A stretch of DNA of 64,000 nucleotides. It comes from Bacteroidota bacterium. GTDB lineage: Bacteria > Bacteroidota > Bacteroidia > AKYH767-A > OLB10. The translations under genes and the position numbers were made by a program. A model generated the notes under the pieces. It ran no database searches. It was not told the DNA's origin and was given only the letters and a program-made list of their open reading frames with translations. The stretch covers positions 1,533-65,532 of the forward strand of contig JADKFV010000017.1 in the NCBI GenBank assembly GCA_016717325.1, given 5' to 3'. Numbering within the stretch: the stretch's first letter is position 1; each line of letters opens with the position of its first letter. Of the stretch, positions 19,807 to 30,455 are shown piece after piece.

Positions 19807-22800
19807 ATGAGTTATAAGAAAATAAACAACATTGTTGGTTGGGTTGTATTTGCAATTGCCTCGTACGTATATCTAACTACTATGGAGCCTACGGGCAGCT
19901 TTTGGGATTGTGGCGAATTTATTGCCTGTTGCAATGGCTTACAGGTGGGTCATCCTCCCGGTGCGCCTATGTTTATGTTGATGGGCCGTATGTTTATTTT
20001 ATTTGCTGGCGAAAATGTAAAACAAATACCACTAGCTATAAATGCTTTGTCGGCAATATGTAGTGCGCTGTGTATATTATTTTTGTTTTGGAGCATTACA
20101 CACCTTGCACGCAAAATGGTAGTGAAGGGTAAAAACGAACCTAACATGGGCGATATAATTGCCATAATGGGAAGTGGTTTTGTAGGCGCTATTGCTTATA
20201 CTTTTACCGATTCGTTTTGGTTTTCGGCCGTGGAGGGCGAGGTGTATGCAACCTCTGCAATGTTTACCGCAGTAGTGTTTTGGGCCATGTTGAAATGGGA
20301 GGAAGTGGCCGATGAAAAGCACAATGCACGATGGATAATTTTTATCGCCTTTATGATGGGCCTTTCTATTGGTGTCCATTTACTCAACTTGCTTGCCATA
20401 CCAGCATTGGCGCTCATTTATTATTTTAAGCGTTACAAATTTACATGGGTAGGCTTTGTAGCTGCACTGGGAGTTTCTATTGCCATTTTAGGTTTTGTAC
20501 AAAAAGGCATCATATCCTATTTTATAAAAATTGGTGCACAGTTCGATTTAATTTTTGTAAATAGTTTTGGCTTACCATTTTGGTCGGGCTTTATGTTTTA
20601 CCTGCTTGTTACCCTTGGAATAATTGCTTATGCACTGTGGTACACTACGCGCAAAGGTAAAGTGGTATTGAATACTGCCTTGCTCGCTGTTACATTTATT
20701 CTTATAGGATACTCATCCTATTCTGTGATAGTTATACGCAGCACGGCCAATCCTCCATTGGATGAAAACGATCCGGAAAATGTATTTTCACTTTTAAATT
20801 ATTTGGGTCGCGAGCAATATGGCGACTTTCCGTTAGCATACGGGCAATATTATAATGCAAAAACGATAGACTCGGATTTTAAAGATATGCAGTATGTAAA
20901 AAAAGACGGTAAATATGTAGAAGTAGGTCGCAAGGAATCGCCTGTTTACGATCCGGCTTTTTGTGGTATCTTTCCACGTATGTGGAGCCCACAAGATAAT
21001 CATGCAAGTTTTTACAAAAACTATCATAAAGGCAATGCTGAAGAACGACCTACAAGTGGCGAAAATATTTCTTTCTTTATCGACTATCAGGTAATGCACA
21101 TGTACTTCCGTTATTTTATGTGGAATTTTGTTGGCCGCCAAAACGATATACAAAGCTATAGCGACAACATTACCAAAGGCAATTGGATTAGCGGTATTAC
21201 TCCAATAGATAATATGCGCCTTGGCCCGCAAGAAAAATTGCCGCAAAGCATGACTAATAATAAAGGGCGCAACAAATTTTATTTCTTGCCTTTAATTTTA
21301 GGATTGGTGGGCTTTGCATACCAGGTACAAAAAAACCGTAAAGATTTTGTCATTGTAGGCATGTTGTTTTTTATGACAGGAATGGCCATTGTACTGTATG
21401 TAAATCAACCACCCTATCAACCGCGCGAGCGTGATTATGCTTATGCAGGATCGTTCTATGCTTTTTCGATGTGGATAGGATTGGGTGTGTTGGCCATTTT
21501 CGATTTGTTGCGTAATAAGTTAAGCCTTCCTACTGCTGGTGCGGCCATTGCAGCAACGGTAGTTTCGTGTTCGGTACCATATGTATTGTGTGCTGATGGA
21601 TGGAACGATCACAACCGTGCATTACGTTATACATCGCGCGATTTTGCCACTAATTATCTTAACTCGTGTGCACCCAATGCCATCATATTTACCAATGGCG
21701 ATAACGATACTTTCCCATTGTGGTATGCACAACAGGTAGAAGGGGTAAGGCGCGATATACGGATTGTAAACCTTAGTTTATTAAATACAGACTGGTATGT
21801 AAACCAAATGAAACGTCAGGAATACAATTCGCCACCGGTGCCATTTACACTTACATACGATAAGTACATGCAAGGCACACGCGATTATGTTCCATTTGTA
21901 GAACAAAAAAGTTTGTCGGCAAATTACACCGAGTTGAAACAGGTGTTTAATTTTATGACAAGCGAAAATCCCGAAACCAAAGTGCAGGTGCGCGATGGAA
22001 AATACATCAACTATTTGCCCACAAAAAAATTGCGCATCACTGTTGACAAAGCTGCAGTAATAAAAAGCGGAACGGTAGATATAAAAGACACAGCAAAAAT
22101 TGTTGATTATATAGATTGGGATATAAATAAAAGTTATGTGATGAAGGCCGACCTTATGATGCTGGACTTACTTGCACACAACGATTGGAAACGCCCCGTG
22201 TACTATGCCGTTACAGTTGGTAGCGACAATTATATTGGCCTTGACGATTATTTCCAACTCGAAGGTTTGGCTTATCGTTTTGTGCCAATAAAAACAAAAA
22301 ATGCTGACCAGCAAACCGGCCGTGTAGCTACCGATCTTATGTACAAAAACATGATGGATAAATTTGTGTGGGGCAATATGAAAAACGAAAAAGTGTACCT
22401 CGATCAAAATAATCTTAACATGACCATGAACTTCCGCAATAATTTTGCGCGCTTGTCGGAGTCGTTATTAAACGAAGGTAAGTCGACCCAATCGGTTGCT
22501 GTGCTTGATAAGTGTAACGAAGAAATGCCCGACAAAACAGTGCCTTACAATATGATGATGTTGCGCATAACCGAAATGTATTACCGCAATGCCATGCAGG
22601 CTGCAACTTCTGTTGATTCAACAGGAAGGCCAATCATCGATCCCGAAAAAATGAGCCAATCGCAAAAAGGAATTTTAGAAAAAGGCAACTCTATTTTGCG
22701 CAGACTTGCGGTGATATACGAAGACGATTTGAATTACTATTACTCTTTACGCGGCACAAAATATTTTGCTTTTATTGAAAAGGATATGAACCAATCGATG

Positions 22801-22911
22801 GCCATAATGAACGAAATGGTGCGGTTGTCGAAACTTACAAATCAGCCGGCCATTATTAAAGAAATGGAAGATGCATATGGTAATGTAATGAAAAAATATC
22901 AGGGTAATTAA
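19807..22911 (+). CDS. DUF2723-domain giant membrane protein (putative glycosyltransferase, TMEM260-like)
   Basis: 1034 aa. N-terminal polytopic region with the SFWDCGEFIA motif and a large C-terminal soluble region. Typical Bacteroidota DUF2723 architecture. Confidence 0.75.
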   Translation: MSYKKINNIVGWVVFAIASYVYLTTMEPTGSFWDCGEFIACCNGLQVGHPPGAPMFMLMGRMFILFAGENVKQIPLAINALSAICSALCILFLFWSITHLARKMVVKGKNEPNMGDIIAIMGSGFVGAIAYTFTDSFWFSAVEGEVYATSAMFTAVVFWAMLKWEEVADEKHNARWIIFIAFMMGLSIGVHLLNLLAIPALALIYYFKRYKFTWVGFVAALGVSIAILGFVQKGIISYFIKIGAQFDLIFVNSFGLPFWSGFMFYLLVTLGIIAYALWYTTRKGKVVLNTALLAVTFILIGYSSYSVIVIRSTANPPLDENDPENVFSLLNYLGREQYGDFPLAYGQYYNAKTIDSDFKDMQYVKKDGKYVEVGRKESPVYDPAFCGIFPRMWSPQDNHASFYKNYHKGNAEERPTSGENISFFIDYQVMHMYFRYFMWNFVGRQNDIQSYSDNITKGNWISGITPIDNMRLGPQEKLPQSMTNNKGRNKFYFLPLILGLVGFAYQVQKNRKDFVIVGMLFFMTGMAIVLYVNQPPYQPRERDYAYAGSFYAFSMWIGLGVLAIFDLLRNKLSLPTAGAAIAATVVSCSVPYVLCADGWNDHNRALRYTSRDFATNYLNSCAPNAIIFTNGDNDTFPLWYAQQVEGVRRDIRIVNLSLLNTDWYVNQMKRQEYNSPPVPFTLTYDKYMQGTRDYVPFVEQKSLSANYTELKQVFNFMTSENPETKVQVRDGKYINYLPTKKLRITVDKAAVIKSGTVDIKDTAKIVDYIDWDINKSYVMKADLMMLDLLAHNDWKRPVYYAVTVGSDNYIGLDDYFQLEGLAYRFVPIKTKNADQQTGRVATDLMYKNMMDKFVWGNMKNEKVYLDQNNLNMTMNFRNNFARLSESLLNEGKSTQSVAVLDKCNEEMPDKTVPYNMMMLRITEMYYRNAMQAATSVDSTGRPIIDPEKMSQSQKGILEKGNSILRRLAVIYEDDLNYYYSLRGTKYFAFIEKDMNQSMAIMNEMVRLSKLTNQPAIIKEMEDAYGNVMKKYQGN

Positions 22912-23082
22912 TTCACTTGATTTTTTTGAAACGCATTTTTATAAAAACATTTTTACAAAATGTGGAAACAACATATACCATATACGCTTGCTATTGTAAT
23001 AACATAGCTGATTTTTTGTGGTACAGCATTATATAATTTATGATGTAAAAAAACGTTTGTTCAATTACGTAAGTATTAAACA

Positions 23083-23478
23083 ATGAAAAATTTTAATTCG
23101 AAAATATCATTCATTCTGATTATTGCCTGTATGCTTTTTGCCTGCAACAAAGATACATTCACTCCGGTAGAAGTTACATATCTGGTATTGGTAAAGCCCG
23201 GCAATACTGTTACCATTAACTGCTACAACGATTATTATTTCGATACAGAAAAGCTGAAGCCCATTATGCATACCGGTGAGGGTTTATACTTTCGTTCATC
23301 GCACATTGCATACAAAGAAGAAGATTATTATATCAATGTGGCATATACCGACTCTACAAAAAGCGCAGAAGACAATTACTTAGTGTGGGTAAAGTTTAAT
23401 GATTCCACGGTTACAAAACTATCGTACAAATATGCCAAACCCAACATCGAAATAAAAGGCCGCGTTACGGAGTTGTAA
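23083..23478 (+). CDS. Small lipoprotein, hypothetical
   Basis: Lipobox-like LFAC after a hydrophobic signal. 131 aa. Confidence 0.45.
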   Translation: MKNFNSKISFILIIACMLFACNKDTFTPVEVTYLVLVKPGNTVTINCYNDYYFDTEKLKPIMHTGEGLYFRSSHIAYKEEDYYINVAYTDSTKSAEDNYLVWVKFNDSTVTKLSYKYAKPNIEIKGRVTEL

Positions 23479-23515
23479 ATTGAAAATATAATAATCACAA
23501 AATAAAACTGTACAC

Positions 23516-24280
23516 ATGTCGCAAGGATCGGTAAATATTTCTATCGAAAATAACATAGCCACCATCACGTTTGAGCACCCACAAAGCAACAGCCTGCCGG
23601 GCGCAATTTTGCAGCAACTTGCCGATGCAATAACAAGTGCCGGTAACAATGCCGATGCAAAAGTTATTGTACTGCAAAGTGCAGGGGAAAAAACATTTTG
23701 TGCCGGTGCATCGTTCGATGAGTTGATAGCAATAAACGATTTCGAAACAGGAAAAAAATTCTTTTCGGGATTTGCCAATGTTATAAATGCTATGCGGCAA
23801 GCGCCAAAATTTGTGATTGCACGTGTACAAGGTAAAGCAGTAGGTGGTGGTGTAGGTTTGGCATGTGCTGCCGATTACACTTTAGCAACAACATCATCGC
23901 AAGTAAAACTTAGCGAGTTGGCTGTAGGTATTGGCCCGTTTGTAGTAGGCCCTGCCGTAGAGCGAAAAATAGGAACTGCAGCATTTTGTGAACTTGCAAT
24001 AAATGCAACCGAATGGCGCGATGCAGCATGGGCGCAACAAAAAGGAATGTATACACATGTATTCGAAACCATAGCACAAATGGATACAGAATTACAGGCA
24101 TTGTCAAAAAGATTATCGCAATCGAACCCCGAAGCCATGATGATGCTGAAAAAAATATTCTGGCAAAATACCGATCACTGGAATACACTTTTAATTGAAC
24201 GGGCTGCTATGAGTGGTCAGCTTGTGCTTTCCGATTTTACGCGCAATGCCATTGGAAAATTTAAAGGCGGAGCACGATAG
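23516..24280 (+). CDS. Enoyl-CoA hydratase/isomerase (crotonase) family protein
   Basis: 254 aa. IATITFEHPQSNSL .. FCAGASFDEL crotonase-fold signature. Confidence 0.8.
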   Translation: MSQGSVNISIENNIATITFEHPQSNSLPGAILQQLADAITSAGNNADAKVIVLQSAGEKTFCAGASFDELIAINDFETGKKFFSGFANVINAMRQAPKFVIARVQGKAVGGGVGLACAADYTLATTSSQVKLSELAVGIGPFVVGPAVERKIGTAAFCELAINATEWRDAAWAQQKGMYTHVFETIAQMDTELQALSKRLSQSNPEAMMMLKKIFWQNTDHWNTLLIERAAMSGQLVLSDFTRNAIGKFKGGAR

Positions 24281-24434
24281 TTTTACAAAATTATTTTTCA
24301 TAAAATTTTTTGTGCTTGTAATGTGAGCCATCTATTCAAACAATTTTAATAAAGCGCTGATAGTTGATAAAATATTTTTGCACCATCAGTTCATCGACAA
24401 TGCCCTTCTATATTTGCAGCTTATACATTTCACA

Positions 24435-24995
24435 TTGATAAAAGATCAGGTTATACTCGGCATCGATCCCGGCACTGTTGTAATGGGTTACGGCCTTATT
24501 GCTGTAAACGGAAAAACTACACGTATGATAACTGCCGGTGTAATGCAACTTGAAAAATACAGCGACCATGCTGTACGGTTAAAAAAAATATTCGAAAAAG
24601 TATCGGCACTCATTATCGAATATCATCCCGATGAGCTTGCAATAGAAGCACCCTTTTTTGGCAAGAACGTACAAAGCATGCTAAAGCTTGGCCGTGCACA
24701 GGGAGTGGCAATTGCTGCTGCACTGCATCATCAGTTACCGGTGATAGAATATTCGCCACGCAAAATAAAAATGGCTGTAACCGGCAAGGGTGGCGCATCG
24801 AAAGAACAAGTTGCTGCCATGCTGAAACAAACAATGGACATTAATCTTACTCCCAAATTTTTAGATGCTACCGATGCACTTGCTGTTGCTGTTTGCCATT
24901 CGTTACAAAACAAAAAACTACAATCAACTTCAAAATCATACACCGGTTGGAAAGCATTCATTACCGATAATCCTGATAAGATGGCGGGCAAATAA
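24435..24995 (+). CDS. ruvC: Crossover junction endodeoxyribonuclease RuvC
   Basis: ILGIDPGTVVMGYGLI and the rest of the RuvC fold. The probable start is TTG at 24435 (MIKDQVILGIDPG). The ORF-track N-terminus from 24378 is not RuvC-like. Confidence 0.8.
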   Translation: MIKDQVILGIDPGTVVMGYGLIAVNGKTTRMITAGVMQLEKYSDHAVRLKKIFEKVSALIIEYHPDELAIEAPFFGKNVQSMLKLGRAQGVAIAAALHHQLPVIEYSPRKIKMAVTGKGGASKEQVAAMLKQTMDINLTPKFLDATDALAVAVCHSLQNKKLQSTSKSYTGWKAFITDNPDKMAGK

Positions 24996-25149
24996 TTTTT
25001 TTGTTTGAATAGTCATTTGTGAATTGATAATAAATTACTGAGCAAACCAAAATGTGTAGAATATTTTCGCAAATATTTTCAATGCAAAAACACATTCGAA
25101 TTAATTTGGGATTTAAAAAAATAATAATCAACAACCCATCAACCAAATT

Positions 25150-26502
25150 TTATTTCACTTTATAATGCAATGGTATTTTTTTTGAAAGTGCATCTACAGG
25201 CTCGGGCACCCAATGATGCAAACCACCGGCAAGTTCATCGTTAAATGTTTCTGGTATGTCACCTGCAAGTGTGCGTTCTTTCCATGTGATATTTTCTTTG
25301 CCGTCATCTTTGCGTTGCATGGTTATACAATCTTCAACAGGGCAAACTACAGAACACAAATTACATCCAACACAATTTTCTTCTATGATGTGTGGCTTAC
25401 GGTTTAGCAAATCATCACTCAAGCCAATTGCCTGATGTGCACCATCTTCGCATGCGGTGTAACACAATTGACAACCAATGCATTTGTCTTCGTTAATATC
25501 TGCCACCACTTTATACTTCATATTGAGGTCTTCCCAATGCACAATATTTGGCAGTGCTTTACCACGAAAATCGTCAAGGGTTTTAAAACCTTTTTCATCC
25601 ATGTACTGCTCTAATCCTAAAATCATTTCGCGAATAATTCCAAAACCATAATGCATTACCGCAGTACACACTTGCACCGATGATGCACCGAGTAAAATAA
25701 ATTCTACTGCATCGCGCCAATTTTCTACACCACCAATTCCGCTGATAGGAATTTTTACTTGTGGATGTTGAGCACAATTCTTCAGCATGTTCATTGCAAT
25801 TGGTTTTACAGCAGGACCGCAGTAACCACCGTTTGTACTTTTGCCATCAACAATAGGATAAGGCACAAAATTATCGATATCAACTCCTATGATACTTTGA
25901 ATGGTATTGATCAATGAAATTGCATCGCCACCACCTTCTACCGCTGCAACTGCCAGGCGGGTGATGTCCGAAATATTAGGCGTAAGTTTTACTATCACCG
26001 GAATGGTAGCAACTTCTTTTACCCACTCAACAATCATTTTCAAAATCTTTGGTTCCTGCCCTACTGCACTTCCCATTCCGCGTTCGCACATACCATGTGG
26101 GCAACCAAAATTTAACTCCACACCATCGGCACCGGCATTGGTAACATCTCGCATAATGGCATGCCACTCTTCTTTTGTTTCTACCATCAACGATGCTATC
26201 ACCGCATGATTGGGAAACCGCTTTTTTACTTCTTCTATCTCACGCAAATTATCTTTAAGTGGCCTATCAGTTATCAATTCAATATTGTTGAAGCCCATCA
26301 TTCGCGTGTCGCGATAATTGAGTGAACCATAACGTGACGATACGTTTACAACCGGCACGCCCAGTGTTTTCCATACAGCACCACCCCACCCGGCATCGAA
26401 TGCTTTCATGATCTGATAACCGCTATTTGTTGGTGGTGCACTGGCCAACCAAAAAGGATTTGGCGATTTTATTCCCGCGAAATTTGTTTGAAGATTTGCC
26501 AT
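25150..26502 (-). CDS. preA: NAD-dependent dihydropyrimidine dehydrogenase subunit PreA (DHOD-like domain plus two 4Fe-4S clusters)
   Basis: 450 aa. DHOD-family TIM barrel and C-terminal CIGCQLCYTACEDG and CVGCNLCSVVCPVEDC ferredoxin motifs. Confidence 0.85.
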   Translation of the reverse strand: MANLQTNFAGIKSPNPFWLASAPPTNSGYQIMKAFDAGWGGAVWKTLGVPVVNVSSRYGSLNYRDTRMMGFNNIELITDRPLKDNLREIEEVKKRFPNHAVIASLMVETKEEWHAIMRDVTNAGADGVELNFGCPHGMCERGMGSAVGQEPKILKMIVEWVKEVATIPVIVKLTPNISDITRLAVAAVEGGGDAISLINTIQSIIGVDIDNFVPYPIVDGKSTNGGYCGPAVKPIAMNMLKNCAQHPQVKIPISGIGGVENWRDAVEFILLGASSVQVCTAVMHYGFGIIREMILGLEQYMDEKGFKTLDDFRGKALPNIVHWEDLNMKYKVVADINEDKCIGCQLCYTACEDGAHQAIGLSDDLLNRKPHIIEENCVGCNLCSVVCPVEDCITMQRKDDGKENITWKERTLAGDIPETFNDELAGGLHHWVPEPVDALSKKIPLHYKVK

Positions 26503-27524
26503 GATAATCTATTGCATTATTATTAAAATTGTAACACCTCCGAAAAGTACAATATTTTTAACAACGATATACTTTTACCAAAATTTATTTGGTTACCATT
26601 ATAAAAACCTTGCACCTATTTCAACTAACAAGTTGTGCCTTTAAATATTATCAAATCGCTTCTTATAAAAAAGAAATAACCATTATAAGTGGAAATATAT
26701 TGTGCGCATTATTTACCATTAACTTTGCAATATGACCAACAAAATATTTTTTTACATTACTATTAAAGTGATATATCACAAAAGAAGGTTTCTTACTTTT
26801 ATTTTACTTGAGGCATCTAAACTGATATGGTTTTGAACCACGAAAAAATTTGTAAATAAATCATCATCACTTTATTTACTTACCTCTCATATCATTTATT
26901 TATTGGATTGTAAATATATTTAAGCACGGTGCCGATTCAAGCAAAGAAAATATTTTCAAGATAAACCTGCGTGGATTTTTTGGGCTTCAATTCGGCCACC
27001 GCTTGCAATCTACTTTTGCCGGATAAGCCTTAGTAAATTTTATTTGATTCAATTAACTCTTCCTGCCATTTCAATAATTTTATAGCATATACTTTTTTAC
27101 TTACGTTTTCTATTATGTAACATAAGCATTATAAAATGAAAACTACCCTTCGTTAAAATCTATTGTAAATCCATGAACGACAGGGTTTTTGTGAATACAA
27201 CATATTAAGGTTAAAAGATAGTCAGCAATATAAGCGCGCTTTTCAATAATATTTTCAAGAAACAAACTCCCGTTGTGAACCACAACTTTATTAAATGTAT
27301 TTGTTTACGAATTCAAAGAAATGGCGCCAGAAATTGTTTCAAGGTGATTTTTGTAAATGATGCAGGAGGGTTTCTTTTAACTGATTTTGCCATTACGATT
27401 TATTGGAGGTGATATTCATGTTTATTTTCTTCTTCTGTTTCTATATATCACAAAACAATCCCGATTGGGATTAAAACAGGAATCATCTCAATGAGTGACG
27501 TGGCATTTATTTTTCTGAGAGAAT

Positions 27525-28469
27525 TTATTTAAGATGATATTCCTCTCTCAGTACTTTCAGCAACTCAGCATTCACATCAATATACTTTTGAAAATGCATT
27601 GTGCGGGTAGAATTTAATGCACTGTTGCAAACAAAACCTAATGCATTAATGGTTTCAACTTTGTCGAACTTCTTAATAGAATTAAAATGAAAAGGAATAA
27701 ATTCATTATTTTTTTCATAATCAAATGTTGCTTTAATAAGAGAAACCGTTCCGTTCTTACTTAATCGTTCATTAAATTCATAATCATGATGGCGTATATC
27801 AATTGGGTTTATGTATTCAATCCTTATTGAAGATTCAAGTTTCTGTCTGTCGTTTACATTATGAATGGCTATTGACAAATCACCAATCAGTTTTTGTAAT
27901 TCATTATTTTTAAAATAACGCAACGAACCCGAATTTTTTAACTGGTCCAACACTACAGTTCGTGGTTCAAAAAGCGAAGGGCTGCGAAAGTTTATTCCAT
28001 ACATATAATTAATTTCAAATGCTTTTGAGATATTGGTAAGACTGCTGTCTTTAAAATATTTCATTAGAAATTTGAGTGCATTCTCTTGCTTAATTCTAAA
28101 TTCAACTTTAGTTTGAACAATTATTGAATCGTTTTTTAATTCTTCGTAAAAATTTTTTGCAAGTTGGTTAGCCTGGTTCTCTTCCACTTTATCTCCCCTG
28201 TAATTCTCTGCCAGAAATCCGCAGAACACGGCAAGAAACAACATAAAGAAATCAAACAAATAATTTTTCCAGTTTTTATTTTCGCGTGATTCATAATAGT
28301 GATGGTGTTCTTCAATATTTTTTGTTTCAGGTTTACCCGATTGCATCGCGACAGATGAGTTTGATATTTTGGGTTGCGAGATAGAAATATTCTTCGGTTC
28401 GGTTTCCGTATTTATTTCAGGAGAAATTTTTCGCTTTCTTCTTCTGTCTTTATTTTTTTCTTCCATCAT
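27525..28469 (-). CDS. Hypothetical single-pass membrane protein embedded in the pyrimidine catabolism cluster
   Basis: 314 aa. Basic N-terminus (RRRKRK), one TM helix (LFDFFMLFLAVFCGFLA) and an about 220-aa C-terminal domain of unknown family. Confidence 0.5.
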   Translation of the reverse strand: MMEEKNKDRRRKRKISPEINTETEPKNISISQPKISNSSVAMQSGKPETKNIEEHHHYYESRENKNWKNYLFDFFMLFLAVFCGFLAENYRGDKVEENQANQLAKNFYEELKNDSIIVQTKVEFRIKQENALKFLMKYFKDSSLTNISKAFEINYMYGINFRSPSLFEPRTVVLDQLKNSGSLRYFKNNELQKLIGDLSIAIHNVNDRQKLESSIRIEYINPIDIRHHDYEFNERLSKNGTVSLIKATFDYEKNNEFIPFHFNSIKKFDKVETINALGFVCNSALNSTRTMHFQKYIDVNAELLKVLREEYHLK

Positions 28470-28491
28470 TTGTAATAAGAAAAATATTTTT

Positions 28492-29778
28492 TTATTTTAG
28501 TAAATCAACAATAGCTATCGCTGCTTTCTTTCCATTAGCCACTGCATTCACTACTTCTTGTCCGCCACTAACTGCATCGCCTGCAGCAAAATATTTTTTA
28601 TTGGTGGTTTGAAAAATTTCGTTCACAATGATTTTTCCCTTTTCGTCAGTTTTTAATTCACCAATTAAATTTAATAAATCCAACTGTTTTGTTTGGCCCG
28701 TTCCTTTAACAACCCAATCGCAGTTAAGAGTATGTTCGGTGCCATCTGCTGATTTTAGTTTTATGCCGCTCACTTTTCCATTTCCCAAAATTTCGACAGG
28801 AGTAAAATTAAACATTCCTGCAACACCAACAGTTTTAGCCAACTCGTATTCAAAATTATATGCAGGCATTTCTTCTTTGCTTCTGCGATAAGCAAGTATT
28901 ACTTCGGCACCCATGCGTGCACATTCGCTTGCTGCATCCATAGCAGTGTTTCCGCCACCCAATACAACTACTTTTTTGGGAACAGTAATTTTATGATGAT
29001 TCATTCTTAACTGTTCAACAAATTCAACAGCACCAAAAACATTTTCTAATTCTTCGCCTTTTATTTTTAAGTCTGAAGTTTTTCCTAAACCTATTGCAAT
29101 AAAAATGGTGTCATAATTTTTTTCGAGTAATGCTATATCTTCTTTGGTTGTAATAGTTTTGTTGTAATGAACTTTATATCCGAATTGCTTTTGCAAATAT
29201 TCCATTTCATTCAAAGCTTCGTCATTAGTAATTTTATATGGTGCAACTCCATGTACTGTTAGTCCTGATGGTTTTTCTTTGGCTTCAAAAACATCTACTT
29301 CAAATCCATGCAGTCGCAATTCGCAGGCACAACTTATACCTGCAGGGCCGGCACCAATTATTGCAACTTTCTTTCCGTTTGAATTGGCGAGGGTATAAAA
29401 CTTTTTATCATTACTAATTGCTTTGCCCGTTGCAAAACTTTGCAGTCTTCCAATAGCAATTGGCATTACATCACTGTGATTGTATACGCAGGCGCCTTCG
29501 CACAGCACTTCGGTAGGGCAAACTTTACCGCATGCATAACCAAAATAATTGGAGTCGTAAATGGTTTTTGCTGCACCCATTTCATTTTTTGCATTTATCT
29601 GTCTTATAAAAAGCGGAATGTCGATACCCGTTGGACAAGCATTCACACATGGTGCATCGTAACAAAACAAACAGCGCGAACTTTCATAGTAGGCTTCTGT
29701 TTGACTCATCAATGGTTTTATCTGCGAAAAATTCTTTTCGAACTCTTCTTCTGTTTGTGGTGTTTTGTATTCTGACAT
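28492..29778 (-). CDS. preT: NAD-dependent dihydropyrimidine dehydrogenase subunit PreT (glutamate-synthase small-subunit-like)
   Basis: 428 aa. N-terminal 4Fe-4S CLFCYDAPCVNACPTG and dinucleotide fold VAIIGAGPAGISCA. Confidence 0.85.
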   Translation of the reverse strand: MSEYKTPQTEEEFEKNFSQIKPLMSQTEAYYESSRCLFCYDAPCVNACPTGIDIPLFIRQINAKNEMGAAKTIYDSNYFGYACGKVCPTEVLCEGACVYNHSDVMPIAIGRLQSFATGKAISNDKKFYTLANSNGKKVAIIGAGPAGISCACELRLHGFEVDVFEAKEKPSGLTVHGVAPYKITNDEALNEMEYLQKQFGYKVHYNKTITTKEDIALLEKNYDTIFIAIGLGKTSDLKIKGEELENVFGAVEFVEQLRMNHHKITVPKKVVVLGGGNTAMDAASECARMGAEVILAYRRSKEEMPAYNFEYELAKTVGVAGMFNFTPVEILGNGKVSGIKLKSADGTEHTLNCDWVVKGTGQTKQLDLLNLIGELKTDEKGKIIVNEIFQTTNKKYFAAGDAVSGGQEVVNAVANGKKAAIAIVDLLK

Positions 29779-29785
29779 TTTCTTA

Positions 29786-29860
29786 GTATTGAGTAATTAG
29801 TAGTTAGTACTTAGTATTGAGTATTTTGTAGTTTGTTGTTTGTATTGAGTAGTTATTATT
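29786..29860. repeat. Low-complexity (GTATTGAGTA/GTAGTTAGTA)n arm; partner arm at 30360-30455
   Basis: Seen directly. Together the two arms form inverted arms around the 4HB ORF at 29921-30274. Confidence 0.7.
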
Positions 29861-29920
29861 TAGCTTTATGACCATGCAGTTGGTATTGAACGATATTTTT
29901 GGTGTACTTAACAAATGTAT

Positions 29921-30274
29921 TTAAGATTTTAAAGATTGCATCAATTTATAAATCATTTTTTCAATCTCATTTAAATTATAGGTTAACTTTGTTTGATCTT
30001 CTGAACTCATAAAATTTAAATTACAGGCAATGATTAATTGAGTTTCTAATTCACAACAAGAGCCATAAGCCTATCCTAAAAATAATTTGAATTCTCCAAT
30101 TCCCTTTCTGCCTGCCCCTTCAGCTATATTTGATGGAATAGAAACAGCACACCTGCGCATTTGATTTGTTAATCCATATGTTTCTGTTTTCGGAAACGAT
30201 TCCGTAGTCTTATAAATTTCAGTTACCAGGTTAATAGCTGAAATCCAAACATTCAATTTTTTAAAATCATGCAT
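29921..30274 (-). pseudogene. Four-helix-bundle protein (IVS protein family) with an in-frame TAG after codon 67
   Basis: Translation ..EFKLFLG*AYGSCCELETQLIIACNLNFMSSEDQTKLTYNLNEIEKMIYKLMQSLKS*. The paralog at 12040 has FLGYAYGSSCELET at this point, so Tyr (TAY) has become TAG. The downstream frame is conserved. Confidence 0.7.
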
Positions 30275-30359
30275 TTCTAACTATTTTTTTCAATATTGAA
30301 GAATAACTACTCATAACCATTTTACTCAATTTTAAATACTGCATCCTCACCACAAACAT

Positions 30360-30455
30360 TATTTTCTCAATACCATTTACTCTATAATAAGTACTAAATA
30401 CTAATTACCAATTACCCAATACTAAGCACCCAATACCAATTACCCAATACCAATT
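30360..30455. repeat. Low-complexity (CCCAATACCAATTA)n arm, reverse-complement type
   Basis: Seen directly. Confidence 0.7.

Noticed and set aside
24378-24434. N-terminal extension of RuvC from ATG 24378
   Set aside because: The residues before ILGIDPG are not RuvC-like. An in-frame TTG at 24435 gives a family-typical N-terminus.
27504-27545. Hairpin CTGAGAGA..TCTCTCAG at the 3-prime end of the 314-aa membrane protein gene, as a terminator
   Set aside because: It overlaps the coding sequence and has no U-rich tract on either strand.
12274-30073. Genetic-code reassignment or programmed readthrough of TAA/TAG, given that the downstream frames are conserved in two 4HB genes
   Set aside because: TAA and TAG terminate essentially all well-supported genes in the window (leuS, murI, gmk, nadD and others), so recoding of the whole genome is excluded. 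Locus-specific readthrough cannot be excluded but is less parsimonious than recent nonsense mutation.
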